A DNA stretch of 64,000 nt from sequence record NZ_CP044066.1. The stretch is one strand, 5' to 3'. A model generated the notes under the pieces. The model was given only the letters and a program-made list of their open reading frames with translations, ran no database searches and had not been told where the DNA came from. The stretch comes from a plasmid. A program made the position numbers and the translations under genes. This document shows, piece by piece, positions 50,033-59,262 of the stretch. Position 1 is the stretch's first letter, and each line of letters opens with the position of its first letter.

Positions 50033-50056
50033 AAAAAAAACCGCCCTTCCGGGCGG
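50033..50056 (-). terminator. intra-operon intrinsic terminator between PRTRC C and F
   Basis: minus strand: CCGCCCGGAAGGGCGG hairpin + T8, immediately followed by GAGGAG RBS of next gene. Confidence 0.55.
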
Positions 50057-50097
50057 CTCAGTGGTTGTGGGGAACTGGCCAGCGGCCAGTGCCTTCA

Positions 50098-50328
50098 TCA
50101 GGTCAGCTTTGCGCATGCCGCGCCCTTGGCGCCGGCGGCGCGCACGAACGTGTAACGGGCAATCCCGTCCTTCACCTCCGGGCCGTCCACCGCAGCGGTG
50201 GTCAACTCGGGGTACTGGGCGGAATAAACGTCGCGCACCTGGTCCGGAGTGAACTGCGGACCCACGTCGACAAACGTCATGCCGTTGTAGGAGAACTGAC
50301 GGATCAGCTTGATGACTTCGAGTGCCAT
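50098..50328 (-). CDS. PRTRC-system protein C candidate (76 aa, small ubiquitin-size protein)
   Basis: perfect AAGGAG RBS before ATG 50328; 76 aa MALEVIKLIRQFSYNGMTFVDVGPQF...; track ORF hugely over-extended. Confidence 0.55.
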   Translation of the reverse strand: MALEVIKLIRQFSYNGMTFVDVGPQFTPDQVRDVYSAQYPELTTAAVDGPEVKDGIARYTFVRAAGAKGAACAKLT

Positions 50329-50338
50329 GACAGTCTCC

Positions 50339-50794
50339 TTACAGCAGCGATGAGAGGTCGGTGCCCGAAGACACCGGCGTGGTGGTCGGCGCAGCTTCCG
50401 ATCCGGCCTGTGCTTCACCCGTTGCCGGGGTAGCACCTTCCGTATCGTCGTCCGCGTCATCGTCATCGTTCGGCTTCGACGGCGTGGCCGCTTTCGCCAG
50501 CGCCTTCGTTGCCTTCGACGACTGGGTGGTCTTGGCCGCGTCGAGGATCGACTTCGTTGCTTCAACCTGCTCGGCAAGCGAGCGGTGCGAAGCAGTGACG
50601 CCCGCAACCGCAGCCGCAAACTCGCCGTCCAACTCCACGGGTGTCGCCGACAGCGAAAGAGGAGTGGTCAACGCAGCATCCGCAGCGCTCTTGATGACCG
50701 GAAGCACAACGACGGACATGCTGTCGCCCTGCATCGTGAGCGTAATGACCACCTTGTCGCTCGCGCGTACGAGCGGTACCAATTCAGTGAACAT
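50339..50794 (-). CDS. PRTRC-system protein E candidate (151 aa, acidic low-complexity C-terminus)
   Basis: position after ParB-like gene; C-terminal KPNDDDDADDDTEGATPATGEAQAGSEAAPTTTP. Confidence 0.5.
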   Translation of the reverse strand: MFTELVPLVRASDKVVITLTMQGDSMSVVVLPVIKSAADAALTTPLSLSATPVELDGEFAAAVAGVTASHRSLAEQVEATKSILDAAKTTQSSKATKALAKAATPSKPNDDDDADDDTEGATPATGEAQAGSEAAPTTTPVSSGTDLSSLL

Positions 50795-50871
50795 GGTGAA
50801 TCCTTTTGAGGGAATAGGAAGACAGATGGGCGCCGGCGGCGCCCATCTGCAGAGTGGAGAGTGAATCCCGG

Positions 50872-52554
50872 TCAGCAGCCCAGCACTTTGGGCACCTTGC
50901 CGGTGTAGTCGAAGCCCTCGACCGCCAGAAGACCGGCGACGACTTCGGCCTTCGACTTGTTGAACAGCTTGGCGAACCCATCGCCCAGCGCCTTGCGAAT
51001 GCCCAGCTCGTCCGCGAGCACCTTCATTTCGGACTTAGTGAGCATCTCCAGGAAGTCCTGCGACTTCTGCAGGTTCCAGTGCAGCTTGAGGTCAAGCTTG
51101 TGATAGCGGCAAAGGTCACGAAGATTCGTGACCTCCATGCCGTCAATCGCCGCCACAGTCAGCGCGACGGTCAGCTGATGACGCTTGCCGTCGTCCAGCG
51201 ACTGCACGGCGCCAAGGCAGCCTTGCAGGGTCGAAGACGCCTTCTGCTCGGTCAGCTTCTCGAAGATCTTGCCCATCTTGTCGCCGGCGATGTTGCGCGC
51301 CAGTCCGCTCAGAGCGATCGAGATCAGATACGAGTTGGCCAGCGCAGCGTTCTGCGCGACTTCCTTGCGCAGGGCCTTACGCCAGAGATCGGTCCGATAG
51401 GCCTTGACCTTCTCCGACTCGCTGATCGACGTCACGGGTTTCTCGGTCGGTACAGCGGCTTTGCCGTCCCCCTTGGCGGGAGCCGACTTGCCTGCACCAG
51501 GTGCGCTCGCCGCAGGCTTCTGCGCTGCCGCTTTCGCGTCGCGCTCCGCCTTGAGTCGGGCGGCAACCTTCTCGGAATTGCAGACCGTGTCGAAGCACTG
51601 GCCACCATAGACCTTGCCGAGAGATCCCGGGAGGCCGCTCACCGCGGCGCCAAAATTCTGGCAGCCGTGGCAGGCCTTCGCCTGTTCCTCGCCAACCCCG
51701 GTCGGGCCATCGACCAACAACTGGACGCGAGTCTCGTTGTCGCCCGCGCGAACGATGCGGATGACCTGGTACTCGTCCTTCAGCCCGTAGGCAATGCCTT
51801 CGAGCTTTCGATCGGTCTTCTCGGTGTAGCAGGCGCGATTGGTACAGTTGCCCGTCGCGATTGCCTCGCCGAACATCTCCGTCTGCAACGAGGAATTGTG
51901 CTGGCAGGTGGTGCATTGCGCCTTATCGAAGATCGCCTTCTCAAGGCTGCACGCGGCGGCCTCGATCGTCTTCTTCAGTTCGGCAACAGGCTTTTTCTCG
52001 CTCACAATGACAGGCAGCAGCTTGTCCTGCGTGCCCTTCTCGAGCGTTGCCAGCAGTTCGGCATGGCCGAGCTGAATTGTGCGGGTGTTGAGCGATTCCA
52101 GAACGGTTTCGCTGCAGTTCATCAGCGCCAGGCGCTTGTCGAGCGTCGATCGCGACCAGCCTAGCTGACGAGCCGCCTCATCGCGGTCGCCCTGCAGCCA
52201 GCCGACGATCTTAGCCGCTTGCACCGCCTCCTCGGAGGGGGCCATGTCGGCACGCTGGATATTCTCGATGAGCGCAAAGCTATCTGCTTCGGCATCGGTC
52301 ATAACTTTGATGATGACCGGGACGGGATAGCCTTCGCCGTGGGCCGCAAGGGCTGCGCGGTAGCGGCGTTCACCTGCCACGACCTCGTACTCACGGCCGC
52401 CCTCGTCTTCTTCGACAGGGCGAATCAGGATGGACTGAAGCACACCATTGACCCGGACGGACTCGGTGAGCTCGCCCATTTCGGCAGGATCGAAGTACTT
52501 GCGCGGATTACGGCCAGGACGGATCTTGCCAACAACTACGGTGGGAGTTTGCAT
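50872..52554 (-). CDS. ParB/Spo0J-family nuclease-like protein (PRTRC ParB-related protein), 560 aa
   Basis: ParB N-terminal box GVLQSILIRPVEED..EYEVVAGERRYRAALAA (GERR motif), HTH region, long Cys-rich C-terminal extension (CTTCQHN, CTNRAC, CHGCQNFG, CFDTVC); ATG 52554. Confidence 0.85.
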   Translation of the reverse strand: MQTPTVVVGKIRPGRNPRKYFDPAEMGELTESVRVNGVLQSILIRPVEEDEGGREYEVVAGERRYRAALAAHGEGYPVPVIIKVMTDAEADSFALIENIQRADMAPSEEAVQAAKIVGWLQGDRDEAARQLGWSRSTLDKRLALMNCSETVLESLNTRTIQLGHAELLATLEKGTQDKLLPVIVSEKKPVAELKKTIEAAACSLEKAIFDKAQCTTCQHNSSLQTEMFGEAIATGNCTNRACYTEKTDRKLEGIAYGLKDEYQVIRIVRAGDNETRVQLLVDGPTGVGEEQAKACHGCQNFGAAVSGLPGSLGKVYGGQCFDTVCNSEKVAARLKAERDAKAAAQKPAASAPGAGKSAPAKGDGKAAVPTEKPVTSISESEKVKAYRTDLWRKALRKEVAQNAALANSYLISIALSGLARNIAGDKMGKIFEKLTEQKASSTLQGCLGAVQSLDDGKRHQLTVALTVAAIDGMEVTNLRDLCRYHKLDLKLHWNLQKSQDFLEMLTKSEMKVLADELGIRKALGDGFAKLFNKSKAEVVAGLLAVEGFDYTGKVPKVLGC

Positions 52555-52683
52555 TTGTGGGTTCTCGCGGAAATGGGGAACCCGTTGCCGCACCGGGAAC
52601 GTGGTTCCCGATGGGATCGAAAGGCGAACTGCCAGGCTATGCCGGCGAGTCGCTTACTACAGATGCTGGCACCTTGCGGTGCA

Positions 52684-52712
52684 GGGTCGATGCGTCTTGG
52701 ACGCGGTAGGTG
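52684..52712 (-). promoter_or_regulatory. conserved island dyad motif copy 6 upstream of PRTRC operon
   Basis: GGGTCGATGCGTCTTGGACGCGGTAGGTG, ~130 bp upstream of ParB-like start. Confidence 0.55.
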
Positions 52713-52930
52713 CGCAGAGAATACCTAAAATGCTTCCGGCTTTCAAGCTGGTAAGCACGGGGGTAATGGCGACAGGAGCGGCGATCGGCTCAGCGTCCCG
52801 TGTGGCTCGACCATCGACGGCTTATCGGCATCTGTGCAACACCCCTCCTCAGCAGCAGGCCGCCTCCGCCGCCCATTCGATATCATCGCATCCAACATCC
52901 AATGCATCGCGAGGCGGGAAGAACCGGGCT

Positions 52931-53356
52931 ATGAGCCAACATCAGATGTGGTTTCGATCGACCTTGTTTGACGCCGAAGCTGGTGGGCCGAATTACGCGA
53001 AAGCCCCGGCGGGGCGACAGTTGGCCGAATGGTTGCGCGACCGCCTCGAGAGTGAGGGGCAAGCCGTCGAGGCCGTTATCCCCGAAGACTGGGGGTGGTG
53101 CATCGTCGTGCAGCGAAAACCCTCTCGACTATGGATCGGCTGTGGTCGCGTCGAGGAGGACCCGGCCGACGCCGAGAGATCGACTGGGCGCTCTCCTGCA
53201 ACGGAGGTGATCTGGTCATGCTTTGTGGCCGCTGAACGCTCGATCTTGGGAAAGCTGTTGGGCGGCCGGTCCTCGGGGAGCGCAGATGTTCTCTACCGGC
53301 AGATGTTAGCGATCGTTGAGAAAGATCCCGCAAACATGCTGGTCGAAGAACCGTGA
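52931..53356 (+). CDS. hypothetical protein (141 aa)
   Basis: ATG 52931 (MSQHQMWFRSTLFDAEAGGPNYAK...); divergent from PRTRC operon. Confidence 0.4.
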   Translation: MSQHQMWFRSTLFDAEAGGPNYAKAPAGRQLAEWLRDRLESEGQAVEAVIPEDWGWCIVVQRKPSRLWIGCGRVEEDPADAERSTGRSPATEVIWSCFVAAERSILGKLLGGRSSGSADVLYRQMLAIVEKDPANMLVEEP

Positions 53357-53619
53357 TCCCTCGACAGTGACGCGCCGTGACCGTACACAGCGTCCCAAAA
53401 CGGCCAAGAGGAGTCATTTCATTGTGGCACCCAAGCAGCCGGTGTGTGCTTAGGATCGGCCATCAGGTAGCCGATCGGAGCCTTTGAGCGGCAGCTAGAC
53501 GTCGCCGCTTACGGACGCGCCGGCAAGGCCCCAGCCCACGGGTCGTGAGTTATTGCGGCAGTTGGAGCAGCCGACTATCTGAGCTCACGTGTATCGTTTA
53601 ATCGGACTAGGCGGTCCAG

Positions 53620-55128
53620 CTACGCGGCGGGCTGCAGGGCACGCATTAACGCGGTGACCTGCGCCTCGGCCTGTTCGGCGGAGGTGATATTGGTGTATCC
53701 AAGCAGCAGCGCGCGCCGGCCGGCCTTTCCTTTGCGCCAGGCCGTGAGCGAGAATACCTCAATGCCTGCTTTCCGAGCCCGATGGGCGAGTTCTACGTCG
53801 TCCTCGCCTTCCGGGACATCCAGCAGCAGATTCATGCCGCCGCTTTCCAGCGTGACCGAGTAGCCCTTGTCCGAATGGCGCCGCAGCGCCTGGACCAGCA
53901 GCGTGCGCCGCCGTGCGTATAGCGCCCGCATGCGCTTGATGTGGCGCGAGAAGTGACCCTGTTCGATAAACTCCGCAAGCGCGGCTTGCATCAGTTCGGG
54001 GCAACCGCCGTATACCGCGCGCTGGCTGGCCTGCGCGAACGCCGTGACGAGCGCCTTGGGTGCCACGATATAGGCAATACGCATCCCCGGAAACATGACT
54101 TTCGACATGGTCCCGGCGTAGATCACGCGATCCGCATTGTCCAGCGCCTTGAGCGCGGGAAGCGGGTGTCCGCGGAAGCGATACTCGCCATCGTAATCGT
54201 CTTCGAAAATCCACGCCCTGTTGGTCCTTGCCCAATTGAGCAATGCCACCCTGCGCGGCAGCGCCAGCGACACGCCGGTGGGACTCTGATGCGAGGGGGT
54301 CACGATCGCGACCCTTGCACTTCGGAACGACTGGGCGGCCATGCCGACGTTGATGCCTTGCTGATCGACCGGCACATGGCAGGGCCGAGCGTTCAGGCGC
54401 TCCACCATTACTGCGGTGGTAGGGAACCCGGGGCACTCGACCCACACGTCCGAAGGGCTCTCACGGCCTATTTCCCCGGCCAGTTTCAGCGCCGTGAACG
54501 CCAGCTCGAGTCCAGACGCATAGCAAGGCACCACGAACACCTGTGATGGCTCGACATCGAGGCCGCGCGCACGATTCAGGTGTCCAGCCAGGGCGTCTCG
54601 CAGTGGCGCATAGCCGTGCAATGCTGGCTTGAGCAGCGTGGTGATACGTCGGGCCTGACGCCCTATCAGTCTGGCCCAAACCTTATGCGGGAACTCATCC
54701 AGGGCGGGGTATCCCGGCTGCAGGATGGTCGGCGGTACGCCGGTGGCGCCGAGCGCCAGACTCTCGTCGTGCTCCATCGCTCGGAAGCATGCCATGGTCG
54801 CGGTGTTGCCGGCCGCGCCATCCGCGCCATCGCGGCTAGGCCGCTGGCGGAGGAGCGGCGTAGAGTCGGACACGAACGTGCCGGCGGGCCCTCGGGCCAC
54901 CAAATATCCCTCACCCACAAGCCGGTCGTAGGCGACCTGAACGGTGCCACGCGCGACGCCGAGCTCCATGGCCATCGCCCTCAGTGAGGCAACGCGCTGA
55001 CCGGGCCGGAGACGGCCCTGCTCGATTTGCGATCGAAACCGTTCATAGATTTGATCGTGAAGCGTTGTGACCGGATAAGACAGTTCGTAATCCTTGCGAT
55101 CCAAATCAAATTGCTTGTTTAACAGCAT
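53620..55128 (-). CDS. MocR-family (GntR HTH + PLP aminotransferase-like) transcriptional regulator
   Basis: N-terminal GntR wHTH (LRPGQRVASLRAMAMELGVARGTVQVAYDRL) + class I aminotransferase fold with SKVMFPGMR (PLP-Lys region); ATG 55128. Confidence 0.85.
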   Translation of the reverse strand: MLLNKQFDLDRKDYELSYPVTTLHDQIYERFRSQIEQGRLRPGQRVASLRAMAMELGVARGTVQVAYDRLVGEGYLVARGPAGTFVSDSTPLLRQRPSRDGADGAAGNTATMACFRAMEHDESLALGATGVPPTILQPGYPALDEFPHKVWARLIGRQARRITTLLKPALHGYAPLRDALAGHLNRARGLDVEPSQVFVVPCYASGLELAFTALKLAGEIGRESPSDVWVECPGFPTTAVMVERLNARPCHVPVDQQGINVGMAAQSFRSARVAIVTPSHQSPTGVSLALPRRVALLNWARTNRAWIFEDDYDGEYRFRGHPLPALKALDNADRVIYAGTMSKVMFPGMRIAYIVAPKALVTAFAQASQRAVYGGCPELMQAALAEFIEQGHFSRHIKRMRALYARRRTLLVQALRRHSDKGYSVTLESGGMNLLLDVPEGEDDVELAHRARKAGIEVFSLTAWRKGKAGRRALLLGYTNITSAEQAEAQVTALMRALQPAA

Positions 55129-55674
55129 ATCAATTACTAAAAGCACCGAACATAAGAAAAACAAACAATTTTAATATTTCATCCGCAATCCACCATTCTT
55201 CTGGCAGATTCTTATGTGTGATTGTTTTCGTTCTTTCGCCAGTAAGCTGAGCACGACGCCCTGGTTTGTTCCTCGTGCAGCAACGATGGTATCCATCAGC
55301 AGTGCCGCCGTTCGCAGTGTCGTATAGGTTGACCAACGTTTGCTAGGCGCACTGACAGCATAACTGAGTGGACCATCTGTGCCATAACTACGCTGGATTC
55401 CGTTGGTCCCGGTAGTGGATTCTTGTCGCGGTCGGCCAACATGGTGACGCAACGCGGTTACCGGCAACGCACCAAAATGGAACGAATCTTCATCGACCAT
55501 GGACCAGTCCAAGCTGCTGAATATGGCAAGATTTGGTCTTATTAAACAGACCATCCGCTGATAGGCTCGCTTGAACTGCGTCATCGAAGTCACATAACAT
55601 CGATGGGTCGAGAATGAAATCAATCGCCTCAACGGAATCTGCGCACCTATCGGCAGTCGCAGGAAGGATTACCC

Positions 55675-56442
55675 ATGCACAGCTCACTCGAGCCGATAGA
55701 AACGGTCTTGATCGTCGACGATGATGTGGGCGCCCGTCTGGCTCTCTCGAACCTGCTCCGCTCGGTCGATTTGCGTGTGCTTCTGTTCGCGTCAGCAGAG
55801 GAACTGCTCGCGATAACGCCGCCCGAGGGGCCAACGTGCCTCGTGCTGGACGTTCGGCTCAAGGGGCTCAGTGGCCTGGCATTGCAGTCGATTCTTGTGC
55901 AGGGACGGCGCGCGCTGCCGATCATTTTCATCTCCGGATATGCGGATGTTCCGATGGCCGTCGGGGCAATGAAGGCGGGTGCCGTGGACTTTATCGAGAA
56001 GCCTTTTCGCGATCAAGAGATGCTGGAGGCAGTCCGTGAAGCTCTGAAGATCGACATCGCGCGTTACAAGCGCCTGCGGGCGGCGGACGACCTGCGGCAG
56101 AAGTACGTGTCATTGACGCCCCGCGAAAGGGACGTCATGGCGCTGGTCACCTGCGGACTGCTGAACAAGCAGGTGGCGGATCGCCTAGGACTGAGCGTCG
56201 TCACGGTGAAGATTCACCGTCGTCAGGTCATGCGAAAGATGACCGCCGGTTCGTTCGCGGAACTGGTGAGAATGAAGGAACTCGTGGAAATCGCCATCTT
56301 GCCGCGCCACATGCCGGACGGCATCCCGGCCGTGACATATGTCGACAATGCTTCGCCACGGCTGGAGCTGCAATCCGAAAATGAAGTGTGTGGCGTTCAC
56401 TTCAAGATGCCATCGTCTGGTGGGGGCGTGAACCTCGAATAA
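55675..56442 (+). CDS. two-component response regulator, FixJ/NarL (LuxR-type HTH) family, orphan
   Basis: REC domain (VLIVDDD...LVLDVRLKGLSG...), LuxR HTH LTPRERDVMALVTCGLLNKQVADRLGLSVVTVKIHR; no cognate kinase in window. Confidence 0.85.
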   Translation: MHSSLEPIETVLIVDDDVGARLALSNLLRSVDLRVLLFASAEELLAITPPEGPTCLVLDVRLKGLSGLALQSILVQGRRALPIIFISGYADVPMAVGAMKAGAVDFIEKPFRDQEMLEAVREALKIDIARYKRLRAADDLRQKYVSLTPRERDVMALVTCGLLNKQVADRLGLSVVTVKIHRRQVMRKMTAGSFAELVRMKELVEIAILPRHMPDGIPAVTYVDNASPRLELQSENEVCGVHFKMPSSGGGVNLE

Positions 56443-56539
56443 CGTCCCTATGGCTGAGCATCTCAATATTGTCGTCACGCTGGAGCGAGGTGTGTCAGAC
56501 TCTGGAGTTGCCCCCGTATCCCCGGACATGGTCACACCG

Positions 56540-57421
56540 TTAGATTGATAAGGCCATTGCACGCCTGAACTCCCGCGGGGAGCGGTAATTCAGGGCGCTA
56601 TGGGGGTGCTGCTCGTTGTAATGCTCAAAGGCGATCGCCAGATTGCGAGCCGCCGTCTGCGCATCGGGCTTGGGCATGAACGCGACGTAGTCGCGCTTCA
56701 TGGTCTTCACGAAGCTCTCGGCCATTCCGTTGCTCTGCGGACTGCAGACCGGCGTGGTCAACGGCTTCAGGCCGATCGCTGACGCAAACGCCTTGGTCTT
56801 GTCGGCCGTGTAGCCCGAGCCGTTATCAGTCAGCCATTCGACTTCTGCTGGAGCTCTCATAGCGTTGCCGAAGCGGTGCTCGACGGCGGCCAGCATTACG
56901 TCGCGGACTACGTCTCCACTATGCCCACCGGTGGTTGCCGCCCAGCGCAGGGCCTCGCGATCGCAGCAGTCCAGGGCGAACGTCACGCGCAGTGGCTCAC
57001 CGTTGTCGCAGCGGAACTCGAAGCCGTCGGAACACCAACGCTGATTCGTCTTGTCAACAGCGACCTTGCCGTCGTGTCGCCGTCGAGGCCTTGGTGGAAT
57101 CGGCCTGCGCTGCAGCATCAGTCCGTGTACGCGCATGACCCGGTAGACACGCTTCACGTTCACGGGCGGCACTCCATGGCGCTCGCGTTCCCGGCGCAAT
57201 ACACCCCACACGCGCCGATAGCCGTAACTGGGCAAGTGTGCCACCGCATCTCGGATCTCTTTGACCAACCCTGCGTCATCGATCCTTCTGGCGCCGCGAC
57301 CATCCTGCCAGTCAGCAGGACGAGCCAGCTTCTCTGCCACATTCGAGCGCGCTACACCGAGAACTTCGCAGACCCGCTTCACAGGTCGTCCCCGGGCAAT
57401 GAGGGTGAGCGCGCAATCCAT
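56540..57421 (-). CDS. IS3-family transposase OrfB (DDE integrase core)
   Basis: [14 protein letters not shown] (D), [10 protein letters not shown] (D), [10 protein letters not shown] (E) DDE triad region; overlaps orfA in -1 frame. Confidence 0.85.
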   Translation of the reverse strand: MDCALTLIARGRPVKRVCEVLGVARSNVAEKLARPADWQDGRGARRIDDAGLVKEIRDAVAHLPSYGYRRVWGVLRRERERHGVPPVNVKRVYRVMRVHGLMLQRRPIPPRPRRRHDGKVAVDKTNQRWCSDGFEFRCDNGEPLRVTFALDCCDREALRWAATTGGHSGDVVRDVMLAAVEHRFGNAMRAPAEVEWLTDNGSGYTADKTKAFASAIGLKPLTTPVCSPQSNGMAESFVKTMKRDYVAFMPKPDAQTAARNLAIAFEHYNEQHPHSALNYRSPREFRRAMALSI

Positions 57422-57774
57422 TTTCGCGACTTCATTACCTCCACGGCCTCGCGGAGAATTTCGTTCTCCATCGTCTTCTTGCCCAGCAGCCGTTGTAGTT
57501 CTCGAATTTGCTTGAGCGCGTCACCCAGTTCGGAGGCAGGAACCACTTCCTCGCCAGCGCTGACCGCGGACAGACTGCCGTCCTGATACAGCTTCCGCCA
57601 TTGGAAGAGCTGGTTGGGATTGACGCCATGCTGACGCGCAACCATCGATACGGTCTTGCCTGGCTCGCAGCTCTCGCGCACCATCGCAAGCTTCTCCTCA
57701 GGCGACCACCGCCGCCGGCGCTCCGGCCCCGTCAACACTTCTACCAATTCCTGCTTCGTTTTAGTCATAAACAC
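57379..57774 (-). CDS. IS3-family transposase OrfA (HTH)
   Basis: [48 protein letters not shown] + leucine zipper; 43-nt overlap with orfB consistent with programmed -1 frameshift. Confidence 0.85.
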   Translation of the reverse strand: MFMTKTKQELVEVLTGPERRRRWSPEEKLAMVRESCEPGKTVSMVARQHGVNPNQLFQWRKLYQDGSLSAVSAGEEVVPASELGDALKQIRELQRLLGKKTMENEILREAVEVMKSRKWIARSPSLPGDDL

Positions 57775-58272
57775 AGTCGTATGCCTACCCGCTATTGTAA
57801 GTGGGTGACTGTGTCCGGCGATTCAGGGGGCTGTTCCAGACTCGGAACGAGTGAGTATCGTATCGGATCTATCGAGACTTTACGCATCGTACTTCGGGAA
57901 CATTCAAGACGTTTGTCGCATCAGTTGCCGGACGGGAGAAGCCCGTTGCAAGTCCTGGCCTACGGCAAGAGGCATGCTGGAATTCCCTCTGACTGTCGAC
58001 GAACTTTTGTTCATTTATGGTGAAAAACTGGATCCATCCGGTATTAGAGGTAGCGTCCACATTGTCGCAATCGCAGGAGCACAGGATCAATTAATACTAC
58101 TGGCACGTGCCCCGCTACGGCCATCGGCCTGATTCAAAGGTATGCGTCACCATACCAAGTCGCAATTCCGGTTGCGCCTGATAATCAAGAATTGGATCTA
58201 AAATGCAATAGGCATACGCCATTGTTGCCGTGCATTCGGCACGTATCAAACATTAACGAGGATCTATCTTTG

Positions 58273-59262
58273 ATGACCGATATCGATAACGCCATGCAGG
58301 TTAATTCCGCACGGCGGGACCTGCTCGCACTCGGCTTAGGGACGTTGTCCTTCGCGATGCTTCCGGCCATGCCGGCAATTGCCCAATCCACAACTCGAGT
58401 TCCAACCTCTCAGGGAAGTACGACGATGAGCTCTGTTACTACGCGCGACGGCGTTGAGATTTTCTATAAGGACTGGGGGCCCAAGACAGCTCAGCCCATC
58501 GTGTTCCACCACGGTTGGCCGCTGTCGGCCGATGACTGGGATAACCAGATGCTGTTCTTTCTGCAAAACGGCTATCGCGTGGTGGCACACGATCGGCGCG
58601 GGCATGGTCGTTCCACTCAGGTCAGCGAAGGGCATGACATGGACCATTATGCAGCGGACGTCGCCGCTGTGGTCGAGCATCTCAACCTCAAGAATGCCGT
58701 GCACATTGGTCATTCGACGGGTGGAGGGGAGGCGCTGCACTATGTGGTTCGTCACGGCCAACCGCAGAAGCGGGTGGCAAAGCTGGTGTTGATCGGGGCG
58801 GTTCCGCCGTTGATGGTCAAGACCGCGAGCAATCCTGGCGGCCTGCCCATCGAGGCGTTCGACGGACTGCGCAAGTCTTTGGCGGACAATCGCTCGAAGT
58901 TCTACGTCGATCTGCCGACGGGACCCTTCTACGGCTTCAACCGGCCGGGCGTGACACCGATACAGCCGGTGATTCAAAACTGGTGGCGACAGGGCATGAT
59001 GGGCGGTGCCAAGGCTCATTATGACGGTATCAAGGCCTTCTCCGAAACCGACTTCACCGAAGATCTCAAAGCGGTGGAAGTACCGACACTGGTCATGCAC
59101 GGTGACGACGATCAGATCGTACCGATTGCGGACTCGGCGCTGCTGTCGGTCAAGCTGCTGAGGAACGGCATGCTCAAGGTGTATGAGAAATTCCCGCACG
59201 GCATGTGCACCACGCATGCGGGCGTCATCAATCCGGATCTGCTGGCCTTTGTGAAGAAGTAG
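58273..59262 (+). CDS. alpha/beta-hydrolase, non-haem haloperoxidase/esterase-like, with N-terminal Tat signal peptide
   Basis: Tat motif ARRDLLALGLGTLSFAMLPAMPAIAQ; then VTTRDGVEIFYKDWGP..HHGWPLSADDW..GHSTGGGE nucleophile elbow (GHSTGG); ATG 58273. Confidence 0.8.
   Translation: MTDIDNAMQVNSARRDLLALGLGTLSFAMLPAMPAIAQSTTRVPTSQGSTTMSSVTTRDGVEIFYKDWGPKTAQPIVFHHGWPLSADDWDNQMLFFLQNGYRVVAHDRRGHGRSTQVSEGHDMDHYAADVAAVVEHLNLKNAVHIGHSTGGGEALHYVVRHGQPQKRVAKLVLIGAVPPLMVKTASNPGGLPIEAFDGLRKSLADNRSKFYVDLPTGPFYGFNRPGVTPIQPVIQNWWRQGMMGGAKAHYDGIKAFSETDFTEDLKAVEVPTLVMHGDDDQIVPIADSALLSVKLLRNGMLKVYEKFPHGMCTTHAGVINPDLLAFVKK

Larger units (their letters stand above)
56503..57838 (-). mobile_element. IS3-family insertion sequence (1336 bp) with ~36-bp imperfect terminal inverted repeats and 5-bp direct repeat GACTC
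   Basis: Left end TGGAGTTGCCCCCGTATCCCCGGACATGGTCAC vs right end (reverse complement) TGGAACAGCCCCCTGAATCGCCGGACACAGTCAC; flanked by GACTC at 56498-56502 and 57839-57843; carries orfA/orfB. Confidence 0.8.
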
